Assembly (NCBI GenBank): GCA_009785325.1
Contig: WQWN01000003.1
Location: 24,450-88,449, forward strand
Length of the DNA stretch: 64,000 bases
Source of the DNA: Candidatus Saccharimonadota bacterium
GTDB lineage: Bacteria; Patescibacteriota; Saccharimonadia; Saccharimonadales; Saccharimonadaceae
Reading direction: 5' to 3'
Part shown: positions 9,366 to 18,000 of the stretch, one piece after another
Numbering within the stretch: position 1 is the stretch's first letter
How the letters are laid out: each line of letters starts with the position of its first letter
Notes under the pieces: generated by a model
What the model was told of the DNA's origin: nothing
The model's input: the letters and a program-made list of their open reading frames with translations, nothing else
The model's database searches: none
Program-made: the position numbers and the translations under genes

Positions 9366-10394
9366 CTACTCTATCCAAGCAAACCGGCTATCCTCAAACT
9401 CCAAATACCCTTCCAGCAACTCTCGACACACCTCACTCACTTCATCTAGCCTTGCCGCCTTCCCATCCACCTCCACTAGTGGAACCACATATCTTTTCTT
9501 CGCTTTAATTCCCCCGATAAAATACCCCTTCGCAGGCCTCTTACTACCCCTCTTCAGCACCTCCGCCCTCTCAAATCTCTCCCACTCACTCCTCAGCTCC
9601 GCATCCACCTTAATCAACTTTATAATCTCCGCTTCCGACTTCTCGTACAGATCTCCGTGCGTCAAAACTCCACTCTCGATCAGCCGCCTCACATTGTCCG
9701 CCACAAACTGCAACACGAACTTATCTTCGTTCGCATCCATCGCCAGACTATACTTAACACATCCATCATAAAACCTCTCCGCCACCTCCAGACTCCCGAA
9801 CCCAATCTCATCCTCACCGTCCTCATTCACCAGCACCACTACATCGCGGTAAATCTCCGCTACCTCCTCCAAACTCCAAAAACCACACCAAATCAGCCCC
9901 GTATGTAAAACCCCCTCCAGTCGATCCACACACAATTTCGGCTTCTTATTCTCCACCACCGTATACTTCTGAATCTCCGCCACCTCCTCCACACTGACCT
10001 TATCCTCACTCAAACACCGTAAAAGCTCCTCCGAACCCAACAAAATATCCTTTACATCTCTCTCTGCGCTCTCCTGATCCAGTGCATCTCCCAGCATAAA
10101 ATCAACACAATGACTAAAAGCAGGTGTCCCTAAGTCATGAAACAATGCACCCAGAGTCTGCGCCTTGTCCTGTGTAAAATTCCACGTCATCAACGCCGTC
10201 GCAACACTATGATCCAACCGCGAATACCAATACTTACAATTATGCAGCCTCGTATACTCACACCCACAAAACTGCCCTATCTTACTTAACCGCTTCAATA
10301 CCGACACCTCTAAATACTTATCGATAAATTTCGGCCATTCCTCACTCAAAACGTCAAAATACTCAGTAATCTCCTCATTCGAAACTGGACACAT
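9366..10394 (-). CDS. HD-domain-containing protein
   Basis: RLDHSVATAL ... ALFHDLGTPAFSH matches the H..HD motif. The ATG follows GGAGG. Confidence 0.6.
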   Translation of the reverse strand: MCPVSNEEITEYFDVLSEEWPKFIDKYLEVSVLKRLSKIGQFCGCEYTRLHNCKYWYSRLDHSVATALMTWNFTQDKAQTLGALFHDLGTPAFSHCVDFMLGDALDQESAERDVKDILLGSEELLRCLSEDKVSVEEVAEIQKYTVVENKKPKLCVDRLEGVLHTGLIWCGFWSLEEVAEIYRDVVVLVNEDGEDEIGFGSLEVAERFYDGCVKYSLAMDANEDKFVLQFVADNVRRLIESGVLTHGDLYEKSEAEIIKLIKVDAELRSEWERFERAEVLKRGSKRPAKGYFIGGIKAKKRYVVPLVEVDGKAARLDEVSEVCRELLEGYLEFEDSRFAWIE

Positions 10395-10404
10395 CACACC
10401 TCCC

Positions 10405-12261
10405 CTAATCGTGCAGTTTCACATCCTTCGGCAACACCGTCCCCGTCAACACCTTCTTCACCTCTTCTTCTTCGAGAGTCTCCTTCGCCAAAAGCTCTTT
10501 CGCGAGCGCATCTACGAACTTCTTATTCGCCGTCAATATCTTCTCCGCTCGCACTACCGCCTCCTTAATCAACCCTGCCACTTCTTTGTCGATCTCTTCC
10601 TGCGTCTTCTCGCTAAACGGTTTCGCAATCCCCGCGAAAAACCCTTCATCATCCCTGTGAAACACCTGATCTTTCAAGTTCACACTCATCCCTTCTTCCA
10701 CCACCATCGCCCGCGCCGTATCTGTCGCTATCCTTAGATCCGATCCTGCACCCGTAGTCACACCACCTTCACCGTATTTCATCTTCTCCGCCTGTCGACC
10801 ACCCATCGCCCGCGCCAACACATCCTTGAATTCATATATACTCTTGTAGCTTCGATCCTCAGGCGGGATAAACCAAGTTACACCACCAGTATGTCCTCGC
10901 GGAATGATCGTCACTTTATGTACAGGATCACTATCAGGCAATACATGTCCTACCACCGCATGTCCCGCTTCATGATACGCCGTCAACTCCTTCTCATGAT
11001 CACTCATAACTTTCGACTTCCGCTCTGGCCCGATCGCTACTTTCTCAAAAGCTTCCACCAAATCATCATTCGTAATCGTTTTTCGATTCCCGCGCGCCGC
11101 GATAATCGCCGCCTCATTCGCGATATTCGCGAGATCCGCACCAGACGATCCAGCCGTCTTCGCCGCCATCGCCTCGAGATCCACACTTGAATCCGCTGGT
11201 TTCTTTTTGAAATGCACCTTCAGAATCTCCAGTCGATCCACTCGCTCCGGCAGTGTCACTTTTATATGCCGATCAAATCGCCCAGGTCTGAGAAGCGCAG
11301 GATCCAACATATCCAATCGGTTCGTCGCCGCCATCACAATCACTCCCGTCTCATTCTCAAACCCATCCATCTCCACCAAAATCTGGTTCAAAGTCTGTTC
11401 ATGCTCCTCGCGCCCACCGCCACCACGCGACTCCCTTTTCCTCGCCACCGCATCAATCTCATCGATAAATATAATCGACGGCGCATTTTTCTTCGCCTTC
11501 TGAAACAGGTCTCTCACCCTCGACGCGCCCACCCCCGCAAACATCTCCACAAACTCAGACCCCGAAATTGAGAAAAACGGCACACCAGCCTCTCCCGCCA
11601 CAGCCCTCGCCATCATCGTCTTACCAGTTCCAGGATTTCCGACCAGCAGCACACCACTCGGAATCCTCGCCCCCAGCTGCTCATATTTCTTCGGATGCTT
11701 CAAAAAATCCACCACCTCATTCAAGTCCTGCTTAGCATTCTCATTTCCCGCAATATCCGTAAACAGCACTTTCTTCTTATCTGCCCCATACAACTTCGCT
11801 TTACTCTTCCCAAACGACATCGCCTGCGAATTCTGCCCCTGCGCCTGCCTCATCATAAACACAAAAAACCCAATAATTATCAGGGTAGGCAAAGCAAATA
11901 TCGCCACATTCCCAATTATCTCACCCGTATTCGACGGCTCGCTCACCGTAATCTCCACCGGCGCATCCAGTTCCAGTCCTTGATCGAAAATACTCGCGCT
12001 AGAATCCCGCCGCGCCATCTCTGTCGGATACTCCTCACCCCTCAGCGTCACGATCACTTCATTCCCACGGATCTCCAACTTCTCAACCTCTCCTGCATTC
12101 GCCCGCCGCACCACATCCGAGATCGGCACCGTCTCCAAATTTTGATTCGGCATAAACAACGAAATCAGAGCTAATCCGATCAAAAACATCATCACCCAAA
12201 AAACCGTCAACCTCGCGAAATTCAAATTTTTCTTCTTCTGCGCCTTACCACTTACAGCCAT
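10405..12261 (-). CDS. ftsH: ATP-dependent zinc metalloprotease FtsH
   Basis: [44 protein letters not shown] and N-terminal TM segments are present. Confidence 0.95.
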   Translation of the reverse strand: MAVSGKAQKKKNLNFARLTVFWVMMFLIGLALISLFMPNQNLETVPISDVVRRANAGEVEKLEIRGNEVIVTLRGEEYPTEMARRDSSASIFDQGLELDAPVEITVSEPSNTGEIIGNVAIFALPTLIIIGFFVFMMRQAQGQNSQAMSFGKSKAKLYGADKKKVLFTDIAGNENAKQDLNEVVDFLKHPKKYEQLGARIPSGVLLVGNPGTGKTMMARAVAGEAGVPFFSISGSEFVEMFAGVGASRVRDLFQKAKKNAPSIIFIDEIDAVARKRESRGGGGREEHEQTLNQILVEMDGFENETGVIVMAATNRLDMLDPALLRPGRFDRHIKVTLPERVDRLEILKVHFKKKPADSSVDLEAMAAKTAGSSGADLANIANEAAIIAARGNRKTITNDDLVEAFEKVAIGPERKSKVMSDHEKELTAYHEAGHAVVGHVLPDSDPVHKVTIIPRGHTGGVTWFIPPEDRSYKSIYEFKDVLARAMGGRQAEKMKYGEGGVTTGAGSDLRIATDTARAMVVEEGMSVNLKDQVFHRDDEGFFAGIAKPFSEKTQEEIDKEVAGLIKEAVVRAEKILTANKKFVDALAKELLAKETLEEEEVKKVLTGTVLPKDVKLHD

Positions 12262-12288
12262 AAATTCATCATCCTTTCAAATCCATCA

Positions 12289-13428
12289 TTAACCTTCCAA
12301 TTCTATCACATCTCGCCCCAGTTTCACCAACACGTCACCAGGCAAATTAAACTTCTTCCCATTCTCATAATTTCTAATCGCATCCAAAAACCGCAAAATC
12401 TGCTCCCTCATCGCCCTCACACTATTCACCTCCAACCATCCACGCAAAATCTCCACCGCCACATCATCATCCATCCCTCGATAAGACTCCCGCTGCACCA
12501 CATCCTCACCCTCCACGATCAGCCCCACGATTTCATCAATCTCCCGCTTCAACTTCAGCTGATTCTCATATAAAGCGAAAATTTTATCTCGGCACAAGCC
12601 ACTCTCATTTGACTGGGATTTCGCCAAGAGTGACGACTGAACGAACTCCATTCCGCGCCCAGGCGGACGAGAGTGTCTTGAAGACGATCGTAACCTCTTT
12701 CTCACTCGATTCCTCAAATAATCCTGACTACTATTCGTCGAATCCTCCCGCCACTCCAGTCCATTCCTCATCGCATACTCCAAAATCTCTTCCTTCCACA
12801 CCCCCAGCATCGGCCGCACTACCCCAGGACTATCCAGCGGCACCAGCCCCCTCCACCCCGTCCCCCGGATCAAATTTATCGCAACCGTCTCCACTAAATC
12901 ATCCGCATGATGCCCCGTCCAAATCTCCCCATCCTCACCCGCCACTTCCCATAAAAATCTATATCTTCTCTCCCTCGCCAACTCCTCACTCGCCCCCGCA
13001 CCCAACTCCTCTTTCCGACTCACGAACTCCACTCCGTATCTCTCTGCCAGCCCCCTCACAAACTCCTCATCCTCATCGCTATCTTCCCTGATCCCATGGT
13101 TAAAATGCGCAATTATCAAATCTGATAATTTCTCGCACTCTAGACAAGCCGAGAAGCTTCTGTTGGTTGGATTCTGAGATGTTTTTAACCTGTCTGACGT
13201 CAAGCACTCTAAACTCGCCGAGAGACTTACGTTGCTTGAGTGAAGAAATGTCTTTAGCTTTTCTGAGCTCAGAACTTTAGTCTCATTGCGAGAGTTTACG
13301 TGCGAGAAGTCAGACAAATTACAGACACATGCTGCCGCCATATCCAGCATCACCACCGAATCCACCCCCCCACTCACCGCCAAAACCACCCTCCTTCTCT
13401 CCCTATCTTTCGCCAATTCATTCGTCAT
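12289..13428 (-). CDS. tilS: tRNA(Ile)-lysidine synthase, carrying two atypical inserts
   Basis: The PP-loop VLAVSGGVDSVVM, IIAHFNHGIR, GHHADDLVET and REDSTNSSQDYLRNRVR are present. Confidence 0.8.
   Translation of the reverse strand: MTNELAKDRERRRVVLAVSGGVDSVVMLDMAAACVCNLSDFSHVNSRNETKVLSSEKLKTFLHSSNVSLSASLECLTSDRLKTSQNPTNRSFSACLECEKLSDLIIAHFNHGIREDSDEDEEFVRGLAERYGVEFVSRKEELGAGASEELARERRYRFLWEVAGEDGEIWTGHHADDLVETVAINLIRGTGWRGLVPLDSPGVVRPMLGVWKEEILEYAMRNGLEWREDSTNSSQDYLRNRVRKRLRSSSRHSRPPGRGMEFVQSSLLAKSQSNESGLCRDKIFALYENQLKLKREIDEIVGLIVEGEDVVQRESYRGMDDDVAVEILRGWLEVNSVRAMREQILRFLDAIRNYENGKKFNLPGDVLVKLGRDVIELEG
12595..12690. repeat. in-frame bias-breaking insert in tilS (second, C-proximal)
   Basis: Encodes about SSSRHSRPPGRGMEFVQSSLLAKSQSNESG right after the conserved DYLRNRVRKRL. 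It is G-rich on the + strand and contains GTGACGAC. Confidence 0.35.
13126..13329. repeat. in-frame bias-breaking insert in the tilS PP-loop domain (~68 aa) with internal repeats
   Basis: Lies between MLDMAAA and DLIIAHFNHG. It has an internal direct repeat (13135-13157 vs 13204-13226, 18/23 identical) and a perfect 14-bp palindrome TTCTGAGCTCAGAA (13261-13274). It shares CCGAGAGACT (13218-13227) with the ABC-F insert. Confidence 0.45.
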
Positions 13429-13430
13429 TG

Positions 13431-13439
13431 TGCTACAAT
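13431..13439 (+). promoter_or_regulatory. extended -10 TGCTACAAT 8 nt upstream of the ATG at 13448 (leaderless-type)
   Basis: Seen directly. No SD lies between the motif and the ATG. Confidence 0.55.
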
Positions 13440-13443
13440 TATC
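13438..13443 (-). promoter_or_regulatory. -10 GATAAT 9 nt upstream of the tilS ATG, overlapping the divergent + strand -10
   Basis: The rc of attatc at 13438-13443. Confidence 0.4.
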
Positions 13444-13447
13444 TCAT

Positions 13448-14419
13448 ATGTCAGGTGGGCAAAAAACCAAATCAAATAATCTCGAGTCAAACGACGCCGA
13501 AACGCTGTTCCAGCAGCTCATCGACCTCGTCCGCACGCAGAACCTCCGCGACATCCACCTCGACCCCCGCGACGGCCACTACCTCATCCGCACCAAATCT
13601 TCCACCGCTCGCCTCGCTACTCACGCCGAGATTTCCAAAGTCCAAGCCACCGACCTCATCGACCTCCTCTTCATAAAATCTCACCTTCACCCCTCCAGTC
13701 GCCCCATCCCTCAGGACGCCCGCCTCTCCCACGCTAACTTCCTCATCCAACTCACCACTCTTCCAACTATCCTCGGACCAAAAATCTTCCTCCACTTCAC
13801 TGACCAGACCAAACTCACACGTGACCTCTCCAAACTCGGCTTCACCCCAGACCAACTCCCCATCGCCGAATCAATCACAAAACTCCCCTCCGGACTCATT
13901 CTCGTCCTCGGCGCCGGCAAAACCACCACGATGTTCTCTCTCCTCTCTCTTTTCGACGCAAGCAAGCTCAGCATCTCCACCGTCGAAACTCGCCACACCT
14001 ACCGCCTCCCAGGAGTCAACCAATTCATCGATACCACAGGTCAAATCTCCCGCCAAGAACAAGCCTTCGCCGCCGCCATGCGCCAGCATTCTGACGTCAT
14101 CCTCCTCAGTCAAATCGACTCGACTCGCCTCGCCGAACTCTCCCTCGACGCCGCCAGCAACCGCCGCATCATTATCACCTCACTCCCCATCACCGATCCT
14201 TACTCCGCCGCCGACTTCCTCACCCACCTCGGCACCACTCCGTTCCTCACCCTTCACAACCTCCGCCTCGTTATCTCTCAGCAACTCGTCCCCACCACCG
14301 ATTCCACCTCTTCTTTCACCGGTCGCTTCGACCTCCTCGAGATCAACGACCATTACCGTCAACTTTTCCTCGCTGGCCTCACCCCCACAGAGATCCGCCA
14401 CACCCTCAACTCCAAATAA
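13448..14419 (+). CDS. PilB/GspE-like secretion ATPase homolog with degenerate catalytic motifs (probable pseudo-ATPase)
   Basis: LILVLGAGKTTTMFSLL replaces the Walker A. MRQHSDVILLSQID replaces ..DPDVIMVGEIRD. NRRIIITSL replaces TGHLVLSTLH. The start is taken at the first ATG after the tilS start. Confidence 0.55.
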   Translation: MSGGQKTKSNNLESNDAETLFQQLIDLVRTQNLRDIHLDPRDGHYLIRTKSSTARLATHAEISKVQATDLIDLLFIKSHLHPSSRPIPQDARLSHANFLIQLTTLPTILGPKIFLHFTDQTKLTRDLSKLGFTPDQLPIAESITKLPSGLILVLGAGKTTTMFSLLSLFDASKLSISTVETRHTYRLPGVNQFIDTTGQISRQEQAFAAAMRQHSDVILLSQIDSTRLAELSLDAASNRRIIITSLPITDPYSAADFLTHLGTTPFLTLHNLRLVISQQLVPTTDSTSSFTGRFDLLEINDHYRQLFLAGLTPTEIRHTLNSK

Positions 14420-14442
14420 CCCCTTGCGTACCCATGCACACC

Positions 14443-14451
14443 TAGTATAAT
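14443..14451 (+). promoter_or_regulatory. -10 TAGTATAAT 7 nt upstream of the ABC-F ATG (leaderless-type)
   Basis: Seen directly. Confidence 0.55.
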
Positions 14452-14458
14452 CACACCC

Positions 14459-16243
14459 ATGCTCCTCCACGTCCAAATCACAGAAAAATCCTTCGGCTCC
14501 AAAAGCCTCTTTTCTCACATTAATTTTTCCGTCAACGACGGCGAAAAAATCGGTATCATCGGACGAAACGGTATCGGCAAAACCACTATCTTCAACATCC
14601 TCTCAGGCAAAGACACTGACTTCACAGGCGAAATCATCCAGCGCCGCGGCACCACTGCCGTCGCTACCTCCCAGGAATACCACGATGTCAAAAACCTCAC
14701 TACCACCCAGTACATCCTCTCCGGCCTCCCCGATTACGCCCGCCTCTCTGGGATCATCAACAACTTCTCCGAAATCACCACTCCCACTCACAAACAACTC
14801 ACCGAATTCTCCGACGCCCTCGAACTTTTTTCAAACAAAGACTACTACCACATCGAAGATCAAGTCCGCGAAGAACTCAAATCTTTCCAGCTCGAGTCAC
14901 ATGCCGACCAGCTTTTCTCCTCCCTCAGCGGCGGCCAAAAACGCCTCAGCGAAGTCATCAAAATCATGCACTCAAACGCCCATATCGCCCTCGTCGACGA
15001 ACCAACCAACTTCATGGACTACGTCGCCAAAAACCAATTCATCGAATGGATGAAGTCCGCCCCCGAAGCCATTCTCATCATCACCCACGACCGCGACGTA
15101 CTCCGCGAAGTCGACCGCATCATCGAAATCAAAGACCAAACAGCCATCAACTACAAAGGTAACTACGAATTTTATCTCCGCGAAAACACCTCCCGCACCT
15201 CAAACGCCATGACTGACTACGAGCTCGTCGAGCGCCGCATCGAGAATCTCAAACAAAAAATCCTCGACTACCAGCGCCTCAAAGAAAAAGCCCGCAACCC
15301 CGCCACTATTCAGCAGTTCAAACGCCTCGAAAACACCTCTCGAAAAGAACTCTCCGAACTCCAAAAAACCGAAAAACCCAACTTTTGGATCGACCGCAGT
15401 AGCGTCGAGCAGCTCGGCTACAAAGACACCGACCGCTACGACAAATACAAAGCCAAAAACGTCAAACTCGCCCTCAAATCCACCGAATCAAAATCTAAAA
15501 AGCTAATTGCCGAAGCCACCGACCTCTCCGTCGGCTACGACTCCCCCCTCTTCAAAAACATTAATTTCCAACTCCGCGAAGGCGAAGCTCTCGAAATCCG
15601 CGGCCGCAACGGAGCCGGCAAAACCACTCTAGTTCGCGCACTACTCTCGCTCAGCGATACAGACAGTAAGCGCAAGCTATTAGTTTCCGAGAGACTGGAA
15701 ACATCTGTGACGACAGATGTGGCTGAAATGGATGAGGCTACTCCGCATGACGATGCGCGAGTACCTCAGAATGCGCTCTCGGAAGCTAATGGGCTTAGCA
15801 GTCCGCTTACAATTTTCCACGGCGAATCCCACCTCGACCCTCACGTCCGCCTCGGCATCTACCACCAGGAAGTCGACACAAGGTACTTCGACCTCCTCCT
15901 CCCAGACGCCATCGACTGCCTCCACCAAGACGCAGGAATCATCATCAACGATCGCCGCATCCGCCAACTCATGTCCGACTATCTTTTCACCGACTCCGAC
16001 CGCGATGTTCTCGTCAAAAATCTCTCTGGTGGCCAAAAAGCCCGCCTCCAAATCATCGCCATGCTCGCCAACGACCCCACTCTCCTCATCCTCGACGAAC
16101 CCACCTCTCACCTCGACCTCCCAAGCATCGAGGAGCTCGAGCAAGCCCTCCTCCGCTACCACGGCGCCGTCCTCTACATTTCCCACGACAACTACTTCCG
16201 TCACGCCCTCCCCGCCCAAGTCCTCCAAATCCCCGACCGCTAA
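14459..16243 (+). CDS. ABC-F family ATPase (two ABC domains, no TM domain), with an insert in the second domain
   Basis: GIIGRNGIGKTT, LSGGQKRL and ALVDEPTN are in domain 1. IRGRNGAGKTT, LSGGQKARL and LILDEPTSHLD are in domain 2. Confidence 0.85.
   Translation: MLLHVQITEKSFGSKSLFSHINFSVNDGEKIGIIGRNGIGKTTIFNILSGKDTDFTGEIIQRRGTTAVATSQEYHDVKNLTTTQYILSGLPDYARLSGIINNFSEITTPTHKQLTEFSDALELFSNKDYYHIEDQVREELKSFQLESHADQLFSSLSGGQKRLSEVIKIMHSNAHIALVDEPTNFMDYVAKNQFIEWMKSAPEAILIITHDRDVLREVDRIIEIKDQTAINYKGNYEFYLRENTSRTSNAMTDYELVERRIENLKQKILDYQRLKEKARNPATIQQFKRLENTSRKELSELQKTEKPNFWIDRSSVEQLGYKDTDRYDKYKAKNVKLALKSTESKSKKLIAEATDLSVGYDSPLFKNINFQLREGEALEIRGRNGAGKTTLVRALLSLSDTDSKRKLLVSERLETSVTTDVAEMDEATPHDDARVPQNALSEANGLSSPLTIFHGESHLDPHVRLGIYHQEVDTRYFDLLLPDAIDCLHQDAGIIINDRRIRQLMSDYLFTDSDRDVLVKNLSGGQKARLQIIAMLANDPTLLILDEPTSHLDLPSIEELEQALLRYHGAVLYISHDNYFRHALPAQVLQIPDR
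15653..15815. repeat. in-frame bias-breaking insert in ABC-F domain 2, containing a perfect hairpin
   Basis: Encodes SDTDSKRKLLVSERLETSVTTDVAEMDEATPHDDARVPQNALSEANGLSSP between the Walker A and the conserved IYHQE. The hairpin is ACATCTGT-GACG-ACAGATGT at 15701-15720. I counted G=45 and C=35 over 15653-15808. Codons are G-ending, while the host gene uses C/A-ending codons. Confidence 0.5.
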
Positions 16244-16272
16244 CACCTCAATTCTTCACCATCCCCAATTTA

Positions 16273-16281
16273 TGCTACAAT
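16273..16281 (+). promoter_or_regulatory. extended -10 TGCTACAAT 8 nt upstream of the ATG at 16290 (leaderless-type)
   Basis: Seen directly. Confidence 0.55.
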
Positions 16282-16289
16282 AAAACCAT

Positions 16290-16883
16290 ATGCTACTTCT
16301 CGGATCAAAACTCCTCAACTACCCCGTCCTCAGTCTCCAAATCGGCGGCGAACTCGGTATTACCGCCACTCCCATCATTGATCCCGTCAAGCTCAAAATC
16401 ATCGCCTACCAACTCAGCGGCCCACTCGTCGACCGCGAACCAGCCAACACCCTCATGACAGACGACGTTCGTGAACTCAGCCCCATGGGCCTCATCATCG
16501 ACTCCGTTGACGATCTCGTCGACCCAAACGACGTCATCCGCGTCAAGCAAATCATCGACTACGATTTCCACCTCATAAATCACAAAGTCATCACGAAAAA
16601 AAAGCAAAATATCGGCCGCGTCGCTGACTACACCATCGACTCCGCCACATTCTCCATCTACCAACTCGTCGTCAAGCGCCCCTTCCTCTCCAGCCTCAAC
16701 GACCCCGAACTCACCATCAACCGCTCCCAAATTATCGAAATCGACGACGACAAAGTCATCATCAAAAACGACACTCAGACAGTCAAACTCGACCCCGTCC
16801 AGCTCGCATCATCCTCAAGCTACATCAACCCTTTCCGTAAAACCGAAACCCCAAAACCCGTCGAATCCTCCGACACCGAATAA
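16290..16883 (+). CDS. PRC-barrel-like domain protein (two tandem barrels), hypothetical
   Basis: Repeated pattern: L.NYPVLSLQIGGELG...IIDP and INHKVITKKKQNIGRVADYTIDS... Confidence 0.45.
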   Translation: MLLLGSKLLNYPVLSLQIGGELGITATPIIDPVKLKIIAYQLSGPLVDREPANTLMTDDVRELSPMGLIIDSVDDLVDPNDVIRVKQIIDYDFHLINHKVITKKKQNIGRVADYTIDSATFSIYQLVVKRPFLSSLNDPELTINRSQIIEIDDDKVIIKNDTQTVKLDPVQLASSSSYINPFRKTETPKPVESSDTE

Positions 16884-16888
16884 ACCCC

Positions 16889-16916
16889 AAAGAAAAGAGG
16901 CGCATTTCTGCGCCCC
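16889..16916 (-). terminator. intrinsic terminator (GGGGCGCA-GAAA-TGCGCCTC followed by TTTTCTTT on the minus strand)
   Basis: Stem 16897-16904 pairs with 16909-16916. It lies downstream of the CDS at 16933..17703. Confidence 0.7.
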
Positions 16917-16932
16917 AAATTGAACTTCATAG

Positions 16933-17703
16933 TTAGTTATCCTGCTCAGCCTGCCATCTTGCCAGTGCGTCTTCCAAGTAACGGAAGTTGCTCTTTTCGC
17001 CAGCACGCACCGTCGCCCAAAGCGGCAGTTCCGGGTTATCTCTATTCTCTTCGATCCACACTTCATACCGATCTCTCGGATCGACTACGATGCCATGGAT
17101 GATAGTGAGTGTCCCTGTCGCATCGTCAAAACCATACGACAAGATTACTCTGAGACCATCTCGCATGGCGGTCGTCACGGTTTCCTCATCTCCCGATCGA
17201 GTCGTCGTACGAATCAGATCGCGCATCTTCTGCGCGAACCACTCCGTATCCTCCGGAACTTGATGTGATTCATACCTCATATAGGCAGATCTCAGCGGCA
17301 CTTCCAATCCACCATCCATGAGCCAGTACTCTGGGCGCAAAAACCGCGCCTCGATGATACCGTCATAATGAATAATATTAACACTGGTCCCGCCTCCTGT
17401 TTTCGCAATGATCATTCCGTCCACCGGGCGAAGCAACAACGTGCCACGCTCGGTGTCATACCCGACAATCCTCAGATTGCCGAGGTTTCCCATTGCCCGT
17501 CCGTCACGGATACTGAGCGTATCCGCAATTTGCATGTAAACACAGTTTTGAGCCTCTTCCGCCACAGCCGGCGCCGACGGTATCTCCATCGTAACTCCAA
17601 CCGCATATACCGGCTGTCCTAAAGACACCATCCCCCATACACCCACACCGCCGAAAAGCACCAAACAAGCCAACATTACAGCCCCTACACGCCCTGCTTT
17701 CAT
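16933..17703 (-). CDS. hypothetical secreted protein (signal peptide), no recognisable family
   Basis: N-terminal MKAGRVGAVMLACLVLFGGVGVWG. Balanced G/C composition. Confidence 0.5.
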   Translation of the reverse strand: MKAGRVGAVMLACLVLFGGVGVWGMVSLGQPVYAVGVTMEIPSAPAVAEEAQNCVYMQIADTLSIRDGRAMGNLGNLRIVGYDTERGTLLLRPVDGMIIAKTGGGTSVNIIHYDGIIEARFLRPEYWLMDGGLEVPLRSAYMRYESHQVPEDTEWFAQKMRDLIRTTTRSGDEETVTTAMRDGLRVILSYGFDDATGTLTIIHGIVVDPRDRYEVWIEENRDNPELPLWATVRAGEKSNFRYLEDALARWQAEQDN

Positions 17704-17949
17704 AAGTAATTACCTCCTGAATAATAGTCGACTACCACAGGCAAAACGCCCTGAAGTAGATCCGCACGCCAACCTCTTACGATTAGCACACAAATCCACT
17801 TCAGGCCCCCAAACTAACTAAGTTCTAAAAGATCTAGCTCTCGCTCTTGTAAACATTCCTCATTTACAACTATCATTTTAGCATAAATAACCCCGCAAGT
17901 CAAGCTTAAACTTCTTTCAACCTCTGTCCACAATCTCAAAACAAAGATC

Positions 17950-17982
17950 AAAAGAAAAGGGACGCAGAAAAAACCGCGCCCC
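17950..17982 (-). terminator. intrinsic terminator related to the one at 16889-16916
   Basis: Stem GGGGCGC/GCGTCCC (17976-17982 / 17959-17965) followed by TTTTCTTTT on the minus strand. It shares the context ...GCGCCCCAAAT. Confidence 0.5.
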
Positions 17983-18000
17983 AAATCCCCACTCTCGCTA

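Noticed and set aside
13286-13447. N-terminal extension of the PilB-like ORF as given in the track (start 13286).
   Set aside because: It would overlap the tilS 5' end by 143 nt on the opposite strand and run through the promoter boxes. The ATG at 13448 sits 8 nt after TGCTACAAT.
13821-14450. A 209-aa + strand ORF in another frame of the PilB-like gene. The class also includes 4708..5322, 15717..16283, 54496..55227, 57645..58415, 48280..49164 and 59736..60701.
   Set aside because: These are the same artefact of strand bias. They are S/P/T-rich or G/E/V-rich low-complexity translations overlapping genes with clear homology.
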